This document shows positions 10,365-18,718 of a stretch of DNA of 64,000 bases, one piece after another. Location of the stretch: the NCBI GenBank assembly GCA_046328505.1, contig JAXLWL010000004.1, positions 9,559 to 73,558 on the forward strand. The letters are read 5' to 3'. The notes beneath the pieces were generated by a model. The model saw only the letters and a program-made list of their open reading frames with translations. It had not been told where the DNA came from and ran no database searches. Source of the stretch: Anaerolineae bacterium. Lineage in GTDB: Bacteria; Chloroflexota; Anaerolineae; Epilineales; JAHCIE01. The number at the start of each line of letters is the position of its first letter. Position 1 is the stretch's first letter. The position numbers and the translations under genes are program-made.

Positions 10365-11285
10365 ATGCGTGTTCAACAAGGCCGGTACCCTTTGTTAACA
10401 TTGGTCAGCCTAGCCACCTTCCTTACGGTGGGACTTAGCATAGCCCTGTTGGCCTACGGTTTTGCCGACTACCACTCAATTCTCGCCATTTGTCGGCTGG
10501 CGTGGAGCGAGGTTGTCGATCACGGCGTGTGGCCGATGGTGACTCCGATACTGGTGTTGCTGCTCATGGGTGGCAGCGCCGTAGTTGCCTTGGTCAGACA
10601 GCTTGTTGCGACGCGTCGTCTTCACCTCCGCCTCGCCCCACTGCTCGTGAACACACCGTCTACTGTGGTCGAGGCGACACAGCGACTTGGAATCGCGGGA
10701 CGAGTGGACGTCGTATATTCCGATGCTCCGTTAGTCTTCTGCTATGGTCTGTTGAAACCGCGCGTTTGCCTGGCAACAGGGCTGCTACGCTTGCTGGATG
10801 ACGAGGAGTTGACTGCCGTTTTGCTGCATGAACGCCACCATCTTCTCAGGCATGACCCGTTAGGTGTTCTCGCCAGTCGATGCCTGGCCGCGGCGCTCGG
10901 CGTGTTACCTGTCGCTCGCCAACTTGCCACGCGTTATCTGCTTGCGAAAGAGCTAGATGCCGATCGCCACGCCGTCGAGAGCTTGGGGGATCCGACGCCG
11001 CTTGCGAGCGCTATTCTCAAGTTGAACCGTGCCCGGCCCCAGTGGCGTCTCGGTCAGGCGGCCATTAGCCCATTGAATGTGACGCATGAACGCGTCGTGC
11101 AGCTGTTGACGGGAACTCCAGGGCCATTACCTCATCCAGGTCTCGGTGCAGCTCTATCGACTCTGGCTATCATTGCCGTGATCTTCACCGCGAGCTTCGC
11201 TCCTCTCCTATTGCTCCGCGAGAGCACGGAGCTTCATACCCATTGCGACCCGGCGGTGGGCGTGACAAGTATCTCTCCGACGTAG
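10365..11285 (+). CDS. BlaR1-type M56-family membrane metalloprotease (signal-transducing partner of the BlaI-like repressor; no extracellular sensor domain)
   Basis: Four TM helices. HExxH motif in LLHERHHLLRHD. Gene order is repressor then peptidase. Confidence 0.7.
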   Translation: MRVQQGRYPLLTLVSLATFLTVGLSIALLAYGFADYHSILAICRLAWSEVVDHGVWPMVTPILVLLLMGGSAVVALVRQLVATRRLHLRLAPLLVNTPSTVVEATQRLGIAGRVDVVYSDAPLVFCYGLLKPRVCLATGLLRLLDDEELTAVLLHERHHLLRHDPLGVLASRCLAAALGVLPVARQLATRYLLAKELDADRHAVESLGDPTPLASAILKLNRARPQWRLGQAAISPLNVTHERVVQLLTGTPGPLPHPGLGAALSTLAIIAVIFTASFAPLLLLRESTELHTHCDPAVGVTSISPT

Positions 11286-11854
11286 CTCCAGTAGTTAGTC
11301 GTTCTCCAACTGCCTCAGGTCCGCAAAGAATAGACTCTGGCATAAAGGTGGCCCAACTGGAGATAGACTTCTTGACGGGGATGATTCCCCACCACCGCAG
11401 TGCCATCATGATGGCGGAAATGGCCGCGATGAAGGCGACGAAGCCCGAGCTGCGTCAACTGGCGCAGAAAGAAATCAGTGAGCAGCGCGGCGAGATCGAG
11501 AAGATGACGGCCTACCTGCGCGACTGGTACGGCATAGAGGCGCCAACGGCGCAAATGATGACACCCGAGATGATGATGAAGATGGACATGCCGATGTTGC
11601 ACGGCATGATGTTCGATGACGCGGCCGCTATGGCCCGTCGTGAGGCGAAAACAGGCACGGACTTCGACATCGAGTTTATGAGCAGCATGACGCAGCACCA
11701 CAGCCAGGCGATCATGATGGCCTCAGCTGTCCTGATGAACGGTTACCACGCCGACCTCTACAAGATGGCGAACAACATCGTCATGTCACAGGGCGAGGAG
11801 ATCCAGCAGATGGATGAGTGGCTTAATGCCTGGTATGGTGTGGCAGATCCGTGA
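11243..11854 (+). CDS. DUF305-family protein, Met-rich
   Basis: Two DUF305 half-domains (DFLTGMIPHHRSAIMMAEMA and DIEFMSSMTQHHSQAIMMASAV, each ending ...WYG). Start uncertain; a GTG near 11349 is possible. No obvious signal peptide. Confidence 0.65.
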   Translation: MRPGGGRDKYLSDVAPVVSRSPTASGPQRIDSGIKVAQLEIDFLTGMIPHHRSAIMMAEMAAMKATKPELRQLAQKEISEQRGEIEKMTAYLRDWYGIEAPTAQMMTPEMMMKMDMPMLHGMMFDDAAAMARREAKTGTDFDIEFMSSMTQHHSQAIMMASAVLMNGYHADLYKMANNIVMSQGEEIQQMDEWLNAWYGVADP

Positions 11855-11939
11855 CTCAGCACATCATCAGAATTGCCTTAGTTTTGCTTCAGCCCGGTGG
11901 GTTACTATAGAGATGTTGTCTCACGTGTTGCGCTGAAGT

Positions 11940-12175
11940 GAGCCAGGACCGCGACTGCCGAGGGACTGAACGATACCGCAGTGGCGCGGCAATTGGACAT
12001 CAGCGTCGATACGACGTACCACTGTGGAAGACGCCGGTTGGGCTTGCAGGCTGTGTCGATGGATGGGTTAAGCGTCGACGAGTGGCTGGAAGATGCGCCG
12101 CGACCGCGCAAACCGCCGCAGATCACGGCGGAGCAGGTGTGCCAGTTGGCGGCCTTGGCGGGCGAGCACCCCTAA
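11940..12175 (+). mobile_element. IS630-family transposase N-terminal HTH fragment (remnant)
   Basis: ...GLNDTAVARQLDISVDTTYHCGRRRLGLQAVSMDGLSVDEWLEDAPRPRKPPQITAEQVCQLAALAGEHP* matches the IS630/Tc1 HTH N-terminus (RPRK...EQ...LA.EHP). No start codon and no catalytic domain. Confidence 0.5.
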
Positions 12176-12220
12176 AGGTGGGAAGCAACCGACCTAATGT
12201 ACTAGAGGGATTGCTGAAGA

Positions 12221-12973
12221 ATGAATGCTGCAAGGCAAGTCGAAAAAGACGGCACAGTTGCCACTTCAAGCGTCTCAACTTCTGAGACTAGCTACGGACA
12301 GACGGACATCGTTGTTAGGACGCTTTCTCAGCACTGGCTGTTGATATTGAACATCATTATGGGTGTTTTTGTTGCCCTGCCGTGGCTCGCGCCCCTCCTT
12401 ATGGCAAATGGTTATGAGATGCCGGCGAAGGCCATCTATCTAGCCTACAGCCTCACCTGCCATCAACTTCCGGAGCGCTCATACTTCTTGTTTGGCCCAA
12501 AGGTTATGTACTCCATGACCGAGATCGCCTCCGTCTGGCCGTCTCAGGACATGCTGATTCGCCGCCAGTTCATTGGCACGCCTGCTATGGGCTACAAGGT
12601 GGCGTGGTCGGACCGCATGGTGTCAATGTATACCGCCATGTTTGTGGGAGGTCTTGTCTTCGCTCTCGTGCGCCACCGTGTACCCCGGTTGAGCTGGCGA
12701 TCATTCCTCCTGATAGGCGTCATGCCCATGTTCCTGGACGGCTTCTCGCACATGATCAATGATCTGTCAGGCTGGGGCTTTCGCGACAACAATGCCTGGC
12801 TCGCGGCTTTGACGGGGCATGTTTTCCCTGCCACATTCTACGGAGGCGACGCGATAGGCTCCCTAAACTGGTGGTTGAGGTTGGTCACAGGACTATTATT
12901 CGGCTTCATGGTGATCTGGCTGGCTTACCCGGTGATCGGTCGCGAGTTGGAGAGAACTTCAATACACAATTGA
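12221..12973 (+). CDS. DUF2085-family integral membrane protein
   Basis: Conserved LTCHQLPERS motif with several TM helices. Confidence 0.6.
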   Translation: MNAARQVEKDGTVATSSVSTSETSYGQTDIVVRTLSQHWLLILNIIMGVFVALPWLAPLLMANGYEMPAKAIYLAYSLTCHQLPERSYFLFGPKVMYSMTEIASVWPSQDMLIRRQFIGTPAMGYKVAWSDRMVSMYTAMFVGGLVFALVRHRVPRLSWRSFLLIGVMPMFLDGFSHMINDLSGWGFRDNNAWLAALTGHVFPATFYGGDAIGSLNWWLRLVTGLLFGFMVIWLAYPVIGRELERTSIHN

Positions 12974-13156
12974 GGCTCCTTCGGGTGCTAAACTCTGCCT
13001 GGTTCTGCTCTTCAGCAGATCCTCAGGTTTGCCTCAGGTTTGCGTCAGCCCATGCTGCTATGATGGAGCTGCTATTGGAACTTATCGCGCCTGCCAGTGA
13101 GCAGAGATCGCGACCATTCGAGAGAAAGGCTAATGATCCAACATGACAATGCGAGG

Positions 13157-13642
13157 ATGCGTATGTGGCTGCGAGTGACCCGTATCCTACTGGGGATCAT
13201 CGGGGTCGCCGCCCTGTTCGTGGTCGCGGCATGTTCCTCTCAGTCTGCTGCGCCGACCACATCCGGTAGTGCTTCCACGACGCAAGGAGGCGCATCGGCG
13301 CCAAAAGCGAGCGGCGCGAGCCTTGTGTTCGACGAGACGTCGGTGGACTTTGGCAAGGTGCCCTTCGACAAGATGGTGGAGAAGAGCTTCGTCTACCGCA
13401 ACGTCGGCACGAAACCTATTAGCATCGTCGAGAAACCGAGAGTCGACACGGTCGCTGGCTGCTGACCGCCTCAGCCCGTCGTCAGTTCGACGACATTGCA
13501 GCCCGGTGAGACCGCTACACTTCGCGTTGCCCTTGTCATGCATGAAGGCATGGGCGGCGAACATGACTTCCGTGTCACGGTCAAGACGAACGATCCGGTC
13601 CAGCCCGAGACCGTTCTGACGGTCAAAGGCGTCTTCGGCCCG
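13157..13642 (+). CDS. DUF1573-like (Ig-fold) lipoprotein with an in-frame TGA at 13463-13465 (pseudogene or candidate selenocysteine site)
   Basis: Lipobox VVAACSS. The frame reads ...FDETSVDFGKVPFDKMVEKSFVYRNVGTKPISIVEKPRVDTVAGC-TGA-PPQPVVSSTTLQPGETATLRVALVMHEGMGGEHDFRVTVKTNDPVQPETVLTVKGVFGP*. The TGA falls where DUF1573 proteins carry the CGCT motif. Both halves are listed separately in the ORF track. Confidence 0.5.
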
Positions 13643-13722
13643 TAAGGCCCTCTCCTCGCGCTTCACCAGGAGCGCGGGGAGGGCCACATTTCATTCGTCA
13701 GAGTCAAGCGCTCGTCCGCACC

Positions 13723-14178
13723 TTGAAGGTTCACATGCTCCCTCGATTCATATTGCCGCTAGTCCTCCTGGCGATTCTCCTGTCAGCCACGCTCAGTGCC
13801 TGCCGTGTCGCTCCTTTACCCGAAGGTGTCACATTCACACAGGTCATGGAAGGCAAGGACCTGTACGAGGCCAATTGTGCAGCCTGTCATGGTCCAGCTG
13901 GTGAAGGGCAAGATTGGCGCACTCCCGTGCCCGCCGGTCTTCTGCCAGCCCCGCCCCACAATAACGAGGGCCACACCTGGCATCATCCGGACCAGCAGCT
14001 TCTCGAGATCGTTCGGGACGGCGGCAAGACGCAAGGCAGCACAATGCCTGCGTTCAAGGATCGCCTGACCGACGCGCAGATGAAGGCGATTCTAGCCTAC
14101 ATCAAGACACTCTGGGGGCCTGAGGAACGAGCACGACAGGCAGAGCTGACACGTCTCAACATGAGCGACCACAAGTAG
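13723..14178 (+). CDS. class I c-type cytochrome (single CxxCH), secreted lipoprotein
   Basis: Signal peptide/lipobox (LSAC). Heme-binding motif NCAACHG. Met ligand region GSTMPAF. Confidence 0.75.
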   Translation: MKVHMLPRFILPLVLLAILLSATLSACRVAPLPEGVTFTQVMEGKDLYEANCAACHGPAGEGQDWRTPVPAGLLPAPPHNNEGHTWHHPDQQLLEIVRDGGKTQGSTMPAFKDRLTDAQMKAILAYIKTLWGPEERARQAELTRLNMSDHK

Positions 14179-14283
14179 CGAGTAATGGTTACCCAGTTCT
14201 TCGTACTCCTGGTTCCGCAGGCGTTAGACCCGCTGGTGCATCTACCAAAGATGTCGAAGCCACTATTTCCCTTAGTACTCTGT

Positions 14284-16371
14284 TCACTTATGGCGAAGCA
14301 AACGGGCCGAATTGCCAAGGATGCCAAGATCGGGTAGAGATTGCGCGGCAGCCGCCAGAATAGGTGGCAGAATACCAATTGCAGCCAGCGATAGCCCCAC
14401 GAGATTGTAGCCAGCGGTGAACCCGATGTTCATCTTCACAACCCGCATTGTCCGTTTGGCAATCTTGAACAGTTCGGGCACCAGCGTCCAATCTTCGCGC
14501 ATCAGAGCAACATGCGCTGCCTCGATCGCCACATCCGTCCCGGCTGCTCCCATAGCGATTCCTACGTCAGCCTGGGCCAAGGCGGGCGCATCATTCACGC
14601 CATCTCCTACCATCACGACGACGTGTCCCTGAGCCTGATACTTCTTCACCACAGCGATCTTCTGTTCTGGCAGCAGGTTGGCGCGGTACGCTACATGGAG
14701 CGCGTCGGCAAGGGCTGCGGCCGTTCGTTCGTTGTCCCCGGTCAGGAGTTCAATGTGCTCAATCCCAAGAGCACGAACGGATGCCAGCGCCTCGGGCACT
14801 TCCGGGCGCAGGGTGTCAGCAGCCGCGAGGATGCCTGCCGGTTCGCCATTTTGGGCCACGAACAAGAGAGTCTTGCCTTGTGCCTGTAGTTCATCGGCGA
14901 TAGAGGGTACTTCAAGCATTGGAAGCATTCGGCGGCTACCGATGGTCACGAGGTTGCCGTTTACCCGTGCCTGCACTCCCATGCCAGGAACAGATTCAAA
15001 GTCCTCCGGCTCGAGCGAAGACAGTCCGCGCTCTCGCGCAGCCGCGCGTGCAGCTTCAGCGAGTGGATGCTCTGAGTAGCGCTCGGCAGATGCAGCAAGC
15101 GTCAAGAGGTCATTCTCGGAGAGGCCGTTGAGAGGGACGACGTTGGTGATCTGCGGACGGCCAAGCGTCAGTGTGCCTGTCTTGTCTACGAGAAGCACAT
15201 CAGCACGGGCAAGCAACTCCAGGTACTTCCCACCTTTGATAAGGAGCCCTCGTTTGGCTCCCGCCCCAATGGAAGCCAGCATAGCAATCGGCGTTGCGAG
15301 AGCAAAGGAGCAGGAGCAAGCCACAACCAACACCGCGGTGGTCGCGAGAGGGTCGCGGCGAACCAGAAAGGTGAGTGTCGCGATGCTTGCGACCACCGGT
15401 AGGTAGTAGGCAGAGAACTTGTCACCGATGCGTTGGATGTCGGCCTTATGCGCTTCGGCTTCCTCTACCAGCTTAATCACGCGACCAAAAGTCGTATCAG
15501 GGCCGATATGGGTCGCACGAATGCGCACACTCCCTAGCCGGGCAATCGTCGCCGCAAACACGCTTGCCCCTGGCCCGACCTCCACGGGCATCGCTTCGCC
15601 GGTGATAGTTGCCTGGTCCACTGTGGCCTGACCGCTGACGACCTCGCCATCCACCGGAATCTTGTCGCCGGGCCGGATCACAACGATCTCACCCACGCGT
15701 ACTTCGCTGGCCGGGACTTCATACTCCTCGCCGTCCCGTTCAACCCGCGCTGTCTGTGGGGCCAGTGCGGTCAGGTCTTTCACAGCACGTCGCGCGCGCT
15801 CCGTGGTGAAGTGCTCCGCGTAGTCACCCACACGCATGAAGAAGACGACGACGGCCGCTGTTGCCCATTGGCCAACGATTAAGGCAGCGACCGCGCCCAC
15901 ACTCATCAACGTGTGGGAAGTGATCTCTCTCTTCAAGGCGGAGCGGATGACGTTGCGAAAGATGGGGTAGCCAAACACGAGGACAATGCCCACACCGACA
16001 AACCAGGGGACACGTGCGGTGAGCGCTTCGAAAAGGCCTAGCCACTCGCCTACAACCACGACAAACAGCACGACGCCAAAGACGATCCCAAACAAAGTCA
16101 GGACCTGTCGGGTCAAGCCAGCCAGGGGAGCGGTAGATCGCTGCTCGTTGTCCGACTGAGGGACCGCGTATCCTGCACCCTCGACCGCCTTGCAGACGGA
16201 CGCCAAGTCCACTTGTGCTGGATCGAGCTGGATCACAGCTTTCTCTGCTGTCAGTGAGACATCTACCGCATGGACACCGGGGAGGGCCGATATGGCGCGC
16301 TGGACGCTCTTGGTGCATTCCACGCAGTCCATGCCGCGAATGGGAACCTCCAAGGTGTTGAGGCTGGCCAT
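14284..16371 (-). CDS. heavy-metal translocating P1B-type ATPase (N-terminal HMA domain; TM6 motif reads CSC instead of CPC)
   Basis: HMA domain GMDCVEC. DKTGTLT phosphorylation motif, GDGVNDAP, TGE motif. TM6 VVACSCSFALATP (15310-15318 encodes CSC). Start at MASLNT (16371), directly after the arsR stop. Confidence 0.85.
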   Translation of the reverse strand: MASLNTLEVPIRGMDCVECTKSVQRAISALPGVHAVDVSLTAEKAVIQLDPAQVDLASVCKAVEGAGYAVPQSDNEQRSTAPLAGLTRQVLTLFGIVFGVVLFVVVVGEWLGLFEALTARVPWFVGVGIVLVFGYPIFRNVIRSALKREITSHTLMSVGAVAALIVGQWATAAVVVFFMRVGDYAEHFTTERARRAVKDLTALAPQTARVERDGEEYEVPASEVRVGEIVVIRPGDKIPVDGEVVSGQATVDQATITGEAMPVEVGPGASVFAATIARLGSVRIRATHIGPDTTFGRVIKLVEEAEAHKADIQRIGDKFSAYYLPVVASIATLTFLVRRDPLATTAVLVVACSCSFALATPIAMLASIGAGAKRGLLIKGGKYLELLARADVLLVDKTGTLTLGRPQITNVVPLNGLSENDLLTLAASAERYSEHPLAEAARAAARERGLSSLEPEDFESVPGMGVQARVNGNLVTIGSRRMLPMLEVPSIADELQAQGKTLLFVAQNGEPAGILAAADTLRPEVPEALASVRALGIEHIELLTGDNERTAAALADALHVAYRANLLPEQKIAVVKKYQAQGHVVVMVGDGVNDAPALAQADVGIAMGAAGTDVAIEAAHVALMREDWTLVPELFKIAKRTMRVVKMNIGFTAGYNLVGLSLAAIGILPPILAAAAQSLPDLGILGNSARLLRHK

Positions 16372-16373
16372 GC

Positions 16374-16718
16374 TCAATCTTCCCTTTCGACGTTGTAGCG
16401 CGTGCATTGGTACACACCTTGCGCTACATCAGCCAACAGTTCTTCGGCCAGGCAGAGCAGTTGGCCGACGCGCTCGTCACTGAGACGATAGTACACATGG
16501 CGCCCCCGCTTCTCGCGCGTGACGAGGCCACAGTCATTCAAGCAAGAGAGATGATTGGAGACATTGGGCTGCGTCAGCCCAGTGACCGCAATGACTTCCG
16601 TGACACTACGCGGCCCATCTCGAAGGGCCTCAAGGACGGCGAGACGGGAGGAATCTGAAAAGCCTCGAAAGAGCTTGGCCTTCAACTGGGTCGCTTGGGC
16701 ATGTGCGGCAATTAGCAT
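16374..16718 (-). CDS. ArsR/SmtB-family metalloregulatory repressor
   Basis: HTH LAVLEALRDGPRSVTEVIAVTGLTQPNVSNHLSCLNDCGLVTREKRGRHVYYRL with candidate metal-site Cys/His. Start at MLIAAHAQ. Immediately upstream of, and co-oriented with, the ATPase. Confidence 0.8.
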   Translation of the reverse strand: MLIAAHAQATQLKAKLFRGFSDSSRLAVLEALRDGPRSVTEVIAVTGLTQPNVSNHLSCLNDCGLVTREKRGRHVYYRLSDERVGQLLCLAEELLADVAQGVYQCTRYNVERED

Positions 16719-16741
16719 AGGCTCGTCCTGGGTATATTTGT

Positions 16742-16788
16742 ATATCACTATGTGCTGATATATTATTGTGATTGCTGCGATTTGTCAA
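16742..16788 (-). promoter_or_regulatory. arsR promoter (TTGACA-17-TAATAT) with an overlapping ATATCA-N8-TGATAT palindrome, a candidate ArsR operator, in the divergent arsR/CDF intergenic region
   Basis: Minus-strand -35 at 16783-16788 and -10 at 16760-16765. The perfect 6-bp-arm inverted repeat at 16742-16761 overlaps the -10 and the predicted transcription start. Confidence 0.5.
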
Positions 16789-16851
16789 GACATGGTAAGC
16801 AAGCACCAGTTGCCAAAGACCGGACCAAGAAGCGGGGAGGAGTAGGGCGAG

Positions 16852-17754
16852 ATGGCGCATACTCACGAGCACGGGCCAGCGAATTACGGCCGAGCGTTTG
16901 CCATTGGCGTGGCTTTGAATCTCGGCTTTGTCATCATAGAGGGCGGCTACGGCTATGTGTCTAACTCGCTCGCCCTCGTCGCGGATGCCGGGCATAACCT
17001 AAGCGATGTTCTTGCCCTTCTATTGGCCTGGGGAGCGAGTGTTCTCGTTTTGCGCCTTCCGACCGTCAAGCATACGTACGGGATGCGGAGCACCTCTATT
17101 CTTGCTGCTCTTGTCAACGCAATGTTACTTCTCATTGCCATTTCGGCAATTGTGTGGGAAGCTCTCCAACGGCTGATGAACCCCGCGCCAGTCGAGGCTG
17201 AGACAGTTATCTGGGTCGCTGTCGTGGGCATTGTCGTCAACACCGTGACCGCGCTGCTGTTCATGTCCGGCCGCCAGCACGACCTTAACATCCGAGGCGC
17301 CTTCATGCACATGGCGGCTGATGCGGCCGTTTCGGCGGGCGTCGTTCTAGCCGGCTTCGCGATTATAGTAACTGGTTGGGAATGGCTTGATCCGGTGGTG
17401 AGTCTGCTCATCGCAGCAGTGATCTTCGTAGGAACCTGGGGGCTGCTCAAAGAGAGCATCAATATGGCGCTTGACGCGGTACCGGAAGGTATTGACCTTA
17501 GTGAGGTCAAGAGTTACCTCGAAGGGCTACCGGGTGTGATCGAAGTTCACGATCTCCATATCTGGCCCATGAGTACAACTGAAACTGCCTTGACAACTCA
17601 TCTTGTTATACCGGACCACAGGGCCGATGATGCGCTATTGAACGAAGTGCTAGAAACACTCCACGACAGGTTTGGCATCGAGCACACCACGATACAGATT
17701 GAAGCAGGCAATACGGCGCATCCGTGTAAACAAGCCCCGGCTCATACTGTTTGA
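16852..17754 (+). CDS. czcD: cation diffusion facilitator (CDF) family divalent metal exporter
   Basis: Six TM helices, conserved HNLSDVLALLLAW, and a C-terminal cytoplasmic domain. Divergent from arsR. Confidence 0.8.
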   Translation: MAHTHEHGPANYGRAFAIGVALNLGFVIIEGGYGYVSNSLALVADAGHNLSDVLALLLAWGASVLVLRLPTVKHTYGMRSTSILAALVNAMLLLIAISAIVWEALQRLMNPAPVEAETVIWVAVVGIVVNTVTALLFMSGRQHDLNIRGAFMHMAADAAVSAGVVLAGFAIIVTGWEWLDPVVSLLIAAVIFVGTWGLLKESINMALDAVPEGIDLSEVKSYLEGLPGVIEVHDLHIWPMSTTETALTTHLVIPDHRADDALLNEVLETLHDRFGIEHTTIQIEAGNTAHPCKQAPAHTV

Positions 17755-17882
17755 GAGACTTCGTGGAGCACAAGAAAGGAACCCGGCAGCGCAGGTACCG
17801 AGTTCCCGTAGTTCTCGTATGCCTTCTCCTCTTTCTCAGCCTCCACACCGCTTAATGTACCGAGTGCAGGTGCATTCTTACC

Positions 17883-18557
17883 TCACCCCGGATACCACTT
17901 GTTGCGCCATTCGCGCATTTGGCTGATTTCCCGTTCCTGCGCGGCGATGATGTCGGCCGCTAGCTGCCTGATCTCGGGCTTCGTCGCCCGTTGCTGAGCG
18001 ATCTTTGCCGCCTCAATAGCGCTCTCGTGATGCGGGATCATCGTATCGATGAAGGCCTTGTCGAAGGGGGACGCTGTTTGGAGCTTCTGGACGTCCTCCG
18101 CCATGTTGCCCATGTCGCTCTTCATTTCGGGTAGCATCGGCATGCTCGCCATGGCCGGCGTCTGGTCCGAACCGTACCATGCCTTACGCCAGGATTTCAT
18201 CTGCTGAACTTCCTTGTCCTGGCTACTGACGATAGCGTCGGCGAGTTGACGGATCTCGGAGTGTTCGGCGCGAGATTGAGCCACCTTAGCCATGGCGACG
18301 GCGCCCTCATGGTGCGGCACCATCATGTCGATGAACTGCTGGTCGAACGGCGCCTTTGGATCGGTTGTTGAATGCCCTGCCAACGCGTGGTTCATCCCCA
18401 TCCCTGTAGAGGATTGAGGTGGGCTTTGCATAGGCTGGCTTTGTTGCTGACCCTGTGTCTGTGGGCTACAGGCGATGACGCTGAAGCCTAGCAGGAGGCC
18501 AGCGACCAGGGCAGGAAAGTGGCGTCGAAGGTTCTGCATTACGGAGAGTCCTTTCAA
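17883..18557 (-). CDS. DUF305-family lipoprotein, Met-rich
   Basis: Lipobox VIACSPQ. DUF305 half-domains DQQFIDMMVPHHEGAVAMA and DKAFIDTMIPHHESAIEAA, each ending ...WYG. Confidence 0.8.
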   Translation of the reverse strand: MKGLSVMQNLRRHFPALVAGLLLGFSVIACSPQTQGQQQSQPMQSPPQSSTGMGMNHALAGHSTTDPKAPFDQQFIDMMVPHHEGAVAMAKVAQSRAEHSEIRQLADAIVSSQDKEVQQMKSWRKAWYGSDQTPAMASMPMLPEMKSDMGNMAEDVQKLQTASPFDKAFIDTMIPHHESAIEAAKIAQQRATKPEIRQLAADIIAAQEREISQMREWRNKWYPG

Positions 18558-18718
18558 GGGTCACGGTAGAGTTGAGGATCTGGTTTGTGCGACTTCGGTT
18601 ACTGCGCATGAACACAATCGGGCAACAAGGCGCGGGTAAGAGCCTCTTGTTTTACATCCTATAAAAGATCGCTGTCCGAATTCTAGCTTAACTCGCCGGT
18701 GTAGGCAAGAATGCGCTT

